From an uncultured delta proteobacterium (GTDB lineage: Bacteria; Desulfobacterota; Syntrophia; Syntrophales; UBA2185): a DNA stretch of 64,000 bases. A program made the translations under genes and the position numbers. The stretch's first letter is position 1. Each line of letters opens with the position of its first letter. Location of the stretch: the NCBI GenBank assembly GCA_963729715.1, contig CAVSPA010000007.1:96001-160000 (forward strand), written 5' to 3'. The notes under the pieces were generated by a model. The model was given only the letters and a program-made list of their open reading frames with translations, ran no database searches and had not been told where the DNA came from. Positions 60,672-64,000 of this stretch are shown here, piece by piece.

Positions 60672-61691
60672 ATGGCCATATTACTTGCAGGCGACATCGG
60701 CGGAACAAATACCCGCCTCGGAATTTTCTCAAGAGAAAAAGGGATGCGTTCGCCTCTAACAGCGGCGGACTTTCGTAGCGGAGAGTTCCCTGATTTCATA
60801 ACCATCGTGCGGGAATTTCTCAAAGGCCTCAATATCAGACCGAATGCTGCCTGCTTCGGTGTAGCGGGACCGGTCATGAAAGGCGTAGCCAAGATTACCA
60901 ACCTGCCGTGGATCATCGATAAAAATAAGCTCGGCAAAGAACTGAGCATACCATTTGTCAGACTTCTGAATGATCTTGAGGCTATTGCTTACGCCGTGCC
61001 TCTCCTGGAGCCGTCGGATCTGAATACCCTCAACCAAGGCAGTCCCGTTTCCGGAGGAAGCGTCGCTGTCGTTGCCCCGGGCACAGGTCTCGGAGAGGCG
61101 TTTCTGACGTGGGACGGAACACGATACAGCAGTCACCCCTCAGAGGGAGGCCATGTAGATTTTGCTCCAAGCGATGATCTCGAGATGGAGCTCTTGATCT
61201 ACCTTCAGGAGAAACTCGGCCATGTCAGTTATGAAAGCGTTTGTTCAGGGCCGGGAATATTAAATATATATTGTTTTCTGCGTGAGAAATGCTATGCTGA
61301 GGAGTCATCCTGGCTGTCGGACAGGGTGGCGGGGGTAAATGACCCTGTGCCGGTCATCATGGAGTGCGCTTTGGATGGCGTTTACCGTTCTCGTCTCTGT
61401 GTCATGACTCTTGACCTTTTTGTGTCCATCCTCGGAGCAGAAGCAGGTAATATGGCCCTCAAAGTGATGGCCACGAACGGTATTTATTTAGGGGGAGGTA
61501 TTCCTCGCCGCGTACTGCCATTTCTCGGAAATGGACGGTTTATGAAATCATTCCGCAACAAAGGACGCATGTCTGACCTGGTTTCGCAAATACCGGTCTT
61601 CGTCATTGTTAATCCTCGAATTGCCCTTGTGGGTGCAGCAGGTTGCGGTTTTGAACATTATCAAGACCCCAATGTGACATACGGGAGGTGA
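60672..61691 (+). CDS. glk: Glucokinase
   Basis: GDIGGTN, ITNLPW, LLNDL, PGTGLG, SEGGH and GGGI. Confidence 0.92.
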   Translation: MAILLAGDIGGTNTRLGIFSREKGMRSPLTAADFRSGEFPDFITIVREFLKGLNIRPNAACFGVAGPVMKGVAKITNLPWIIDKNKLGKELSIPFVRLLNDLEAIAYAVPLLEPSDLNTLNQGSPVSGGSVAVVAPGTGLGEAFLTWDGTRYSSHPSEGGHVDFAPSDDLEMELLIYLQEKLGHVSYESVCSGPGILNIYCFLREKCYAEESSWLSDRVAGVNDPVPVIMECALDGVYRSRLCVMTLDLFVSILGAEAGNMALKVMATNGIYLGGGIPRRVLPFLGNGRFMKSFRNKGRMSDLVSQIPVFVIVNPRIALVGAAGCGFEHYQDPNVTYGR

Positions 61692-61694
61692 ATA

Positions 61695-62342
61695 GTGTAT
61701 ATGAGAGCGTTATGTATTTTCACACTGGTGTTTTGTTTGGCGATTTCAGGCTGTGCGGGGCTGGATCTTTCCGGTAGAAACACAACGGAGGAATTGCAAA
61801 GGTCCAAGGCATCCATAGCCCAGCTCAACGAGCAGGTGGCAGCGGTGAATAAGGAGCTGACTTTGTTGAAGTCAGAGGTGCAAGAGATGAAAGAGGCGGA
61901 AGCTGCCGCTAAGGAAAGTCCCGTCGCCGGCGAGACAGGGACCTCCAAAGAGAAAGAGGCCGCTGTTTCCGCGACAAGCAAGAAAGAACAGGTCAAGGAA
62001 GTCGATATCTCCAAAAGAGATGAGATAAAGAAATCAGCCGATGAAAAACAGGCGGTGGAAGGAAAAGCGACAAGCCTCAAAAGCCTCAAGGTCAAAGTGT
62101 TAAGTGGAAACGGCAAATTACCTACCGCGAGACAAATGTCGAAGAGACTTATCGGGATGGGTTACAGGGTTGCAGACATAGGGAAAGCAAACAGGACGGA
62201 TTACACGGTAAACACGATCTATTTTGCTCCAGACTATAAGACGGAAGCACAGCGGTTGGCGGCCCGGTTGGGAGGCAAGACCATCGCCAAGCCTCTGACA
62301 TGGTCGTCGGTTTTTCATATCATTGTTGTTGCGGTACCATGA
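61695..62342 (+). CDS. Lipoprotein with coiled coil and C-terminal LytR_C-like domain
   Basis: Lipobox ISGC, heptad region and C-terminal VKVLSGNG...GY...TIYF...IIVV pattern. Confidence 0.65.
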   Translation: MYMRALCIFTLVFCLAISGCAGLDLSGRNTTEELQRSKASIAQLNEQVAAVNKELTLLKSEVQEMKEAEAAAKESPVAGETGTSKEKEAAVSATSKKEQVKEVDISKRDEIKKSADEKQAVEGKATSLKSLKVKVLSGNGKLPTARQMSKRLIGMGYRVADIGKANRTDYTVNTIYFAPDYKTEAQRLAARLGGKTIAKPLTWSSVFHIIVVAVP

Positions 62343-62429
62343 AATTCATAATTAGAGGTTGATGCATCAAACCTACAGAGTGGATACTCACGTTGTATCG
62401 CTTGCGGTAATTAGAGGAGGTAAATAGAG

Positions 62430-62642
62430 GTGAAGTACGGTGAGATCCAAAAAATGGCAAAGAACATGGGGATCAATACATATCAGATGAAAAAGAATGA
62501 GATGATCCTGGCAATTCAGAGGGCGGAAAATAATATCGAATGTTTTGGCACGGTCAGGGTGGAATATTGTCAGGAACTTTCATGCCTGTGGAGGGAAGAT
62601 TGCGTATCTCTGAATAAAAGCAGCCAGAGCAGTTGGTCCTAA
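62430..62642 (+). CDS. Small Rho-N/SAP-like protein with four C-terminal Cys
   Basis: AK.MGI...KK.E.I.AIQ.AE...CF...C...CLWREDC; RBS GAGG. Confidence 0.75.
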   Translation: MKYGEIQKMAKNMGINTYQMKKNEMILAIQRAENNIECFGTVRVEYCQELSCLWREDCVSLNKSSQSSWS

Positions 62643-62716
62643 TGCTAATCTTCGTATTGCCTCGAGTTTTTAATAGTTTTGATCAAGCTAATCCACGTTT
62701 TAAGAAATGACCTTGC

Positions 62717-63580
62717 CTATTGGAGACGGGAAAGCGTTGCTACGGCTGCTTTTTCGCCTTCCCTTATTAGATCGATGGCCTGAGAAAAACTTGACCAGTG
62801 CAGGTTTTTTACGAAAGGTCGAATAACAATATCCGCACCCAGCAACTCATATTCTTCCAGTTTGGCGGATGTTATTTCAGAGGCTCTGTTGGTGATATCT
62901 TTGACGGTAGCCAAGTCTTCATGAGTCGGCATGCCGCGGTCCACGGCCACGGCAATTACTAGGTCGACCCCTTCTTTCCTGACAACGTTAACGGGCACCA
63001 TACTTATTATGCCGCCATCTGAAAGGAGCCTCTCCCCTTCCTTCACGGGTTCAACAGCTCCGGGAACAGCGCTGCTTGCCGTCACGGCCTCCCTGAGAGA
63101 CCCGTCGGAAAAAACTATTTCTTCTCCGGTAATCAGATCTGTCGCCACGGCACGAAATCTAATACGGGTATCCTCAATAAGTATGTCCGGAATAAAATAG
63201 TCAATCATGGATTGGAAAACATCTTTTGAAAGTATGCCGGGTTTGAATAGCATCTGAATGATATAAAACTGATTTCTCAAAAAAATTTCGATCTTTTGCG
63301 CCAGACTTTCCTGTTCCCCGCCATAAATATCTGCCATTGCCTTAAAAACCGAAGATTGAAATTCTGCGCTCGAGACATAGGTCAGGACTTTTTTCTCGAG
63401 CTCTTCAGGTGAAACGCCACACGCATAAGACCCTCCCACGACGGCGCCAATGCTGGTCCCGGCGATAACATCAATAGGAATACCTTCTTTTTCAAATACC
63501 TTTAATACACCGATATGGCTGAGCCCACGAGCCCCACCGCCTCCAAGTGCGAGACCGATGCGTTTCTCAAATAATTTCAT
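62717..63580 (-). CDS. Patatin-like phospholipase
   Basis: GGGGARG, GTSIG (GxSxG) and DGG. Confidence 0.92.
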   Translation of the reverse strand: MKLFEKRIGLALGGGGARGLSHIGVLKVFEKEGIPIDVIAGTSIGAVVGGSYACGVSPEELEKKVLTYVSSAEFQSSVFKAMADIYGGEQESLAQKIEIFLRNQFYIIQMLFKPGILSKDVFQSMIDYFIPDILIEDTRIRFRAVATDLITGEEIVFSDGSLREAVTASSAVPGAVEPVKEGERLLSDGGIISMVPVNVVRKEGVDLVIAVAVDRGMPTHEDLATVKDITNRASEITSAKLEEYELLGADIVIRPFVKNLHWSSFSQAIDLIREGEKAAVATLSRLQ

Positions 63581-63590
63581 GATCGGTATT

Positions 63591-63716
63591 CTATTTTGCT
63601 TTATGCGCCGGTTTTGACTTTCCCTGCTCTTTTGCTCTAAGCTTCAAATTCTTCTTGCGTCTTCGCCGCCTTCGGTCAAGTTCCTTTTTACGCTCGATTT
63701 TCTTGTGTCCGCCCAT
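63591..63716 (-). CDS. 41-aa highly basic small protein (absent from the ORF track)
   Basis: MGGHKKIERKKELDRRRRRRKKNLKLRAKEQGKSKPAHKAK; strong RBS AGGAGG at 63721-63726. Confidence 0.7.
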   Translation of the reverse strand: MGGHKKIERKKELDRRRRRRKKNLKLRAKEQGKSKPAHKAK

Positions 63717-63759
63717 GGTGCCTCCTTCTCTTTATTAGGATGAAGTTGTAATCGTGGTG

Positions 63760-63788
63760 AGGATAGGGGAAGAAAGGCTGTCTGTCAA
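63760..63788 (-). promoter_or_regulatory. Sigma70 promoter for the small basic protein and patatin genes
   Basis: Minus strand TTGACA-17 bp-TATCCT. Confidence 0.65.
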
Positions 63789-63844
63789 GTGTTAAGGATA
63801 TTTACTTGAATGGAGATTATTTCTTTGGTCTTTTTTCTGAACTT

Positions 63845-64000
63845 CTACTTCTTCTGATTGTCGTCCGGTTTCTCAGGTGTTTCCGGTATTCCGTGTTTGC
63901 TTTTCAGCGCTTCCAGCCATTTATCCCGGTAGAAATAGGCAATCACGGCCAGAAAGCAGCTCGCGCCGGCAATGAACAGGAGTTCGATATATTGACTGTT
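63845..64000 (-). CDS. C-terminal end of a membrane protein (runs off window end)
   Basis: Open frame ...NSQYIELLFIAGASCFLAVIAYFYRDKWLEALKSKHGIPETPEKPDDNQKK-stop, with one TM helix. Confidence 0.55.
   Translation of the reverse strand, partial: NSQYIELLFIAGASCFLAVIAYFYRDKWLEALKSKHGIPETPEKPDDNQKK

Overview
Chromosomal segment of a moderate-GC anaerobic bacterium. Gene content suggests Desulfobacterota/Syntrophales-like (inference). It is mostly metabolic and housekeeping. In order it holds: a ZraSR-like two-component system with a divergent sigma54-driven Spy/CpxP/ZraP-like gene, a flavodiiron protein, leuACD with a Leu-rich attenuator, split B12-dependent methionine synthase, pyrE, nfi, ribF, tRNA-Leu(CAG), and a Cache-domain/malic enzyme fusion. 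Next is a ~12 kb alpha-hydroxy-acid catabolic cluster (LarA-family racemase, ABC transporter, glycerate kinase, split UxaA/SuyAB-like dehydratase, beta-hydroxyacid dehydrogenase, lactate permease). After that come a fadIJ-fadD-ACAD/SCP2 beta-oxidation operon, M23 peptidase-bactofilin, a membrane PPase, split methylmalonyl-CoA-type mutase with meaB, a decayed CoA-transferase/SatP/MFS locus and a trxB-lgt-trmH-cutA-glk run. I saw no CRISPR array, prophage or intact transposase. Intergenic DNA carries several families of small palindromic elements. One has IscB/IS200-IS605-like ends. Another is a four-copy TTGA...TTCA family, one copy of which supplies the RBS and start codon of fadD. All calls come from reading sequence and motifs; no database searches were run.
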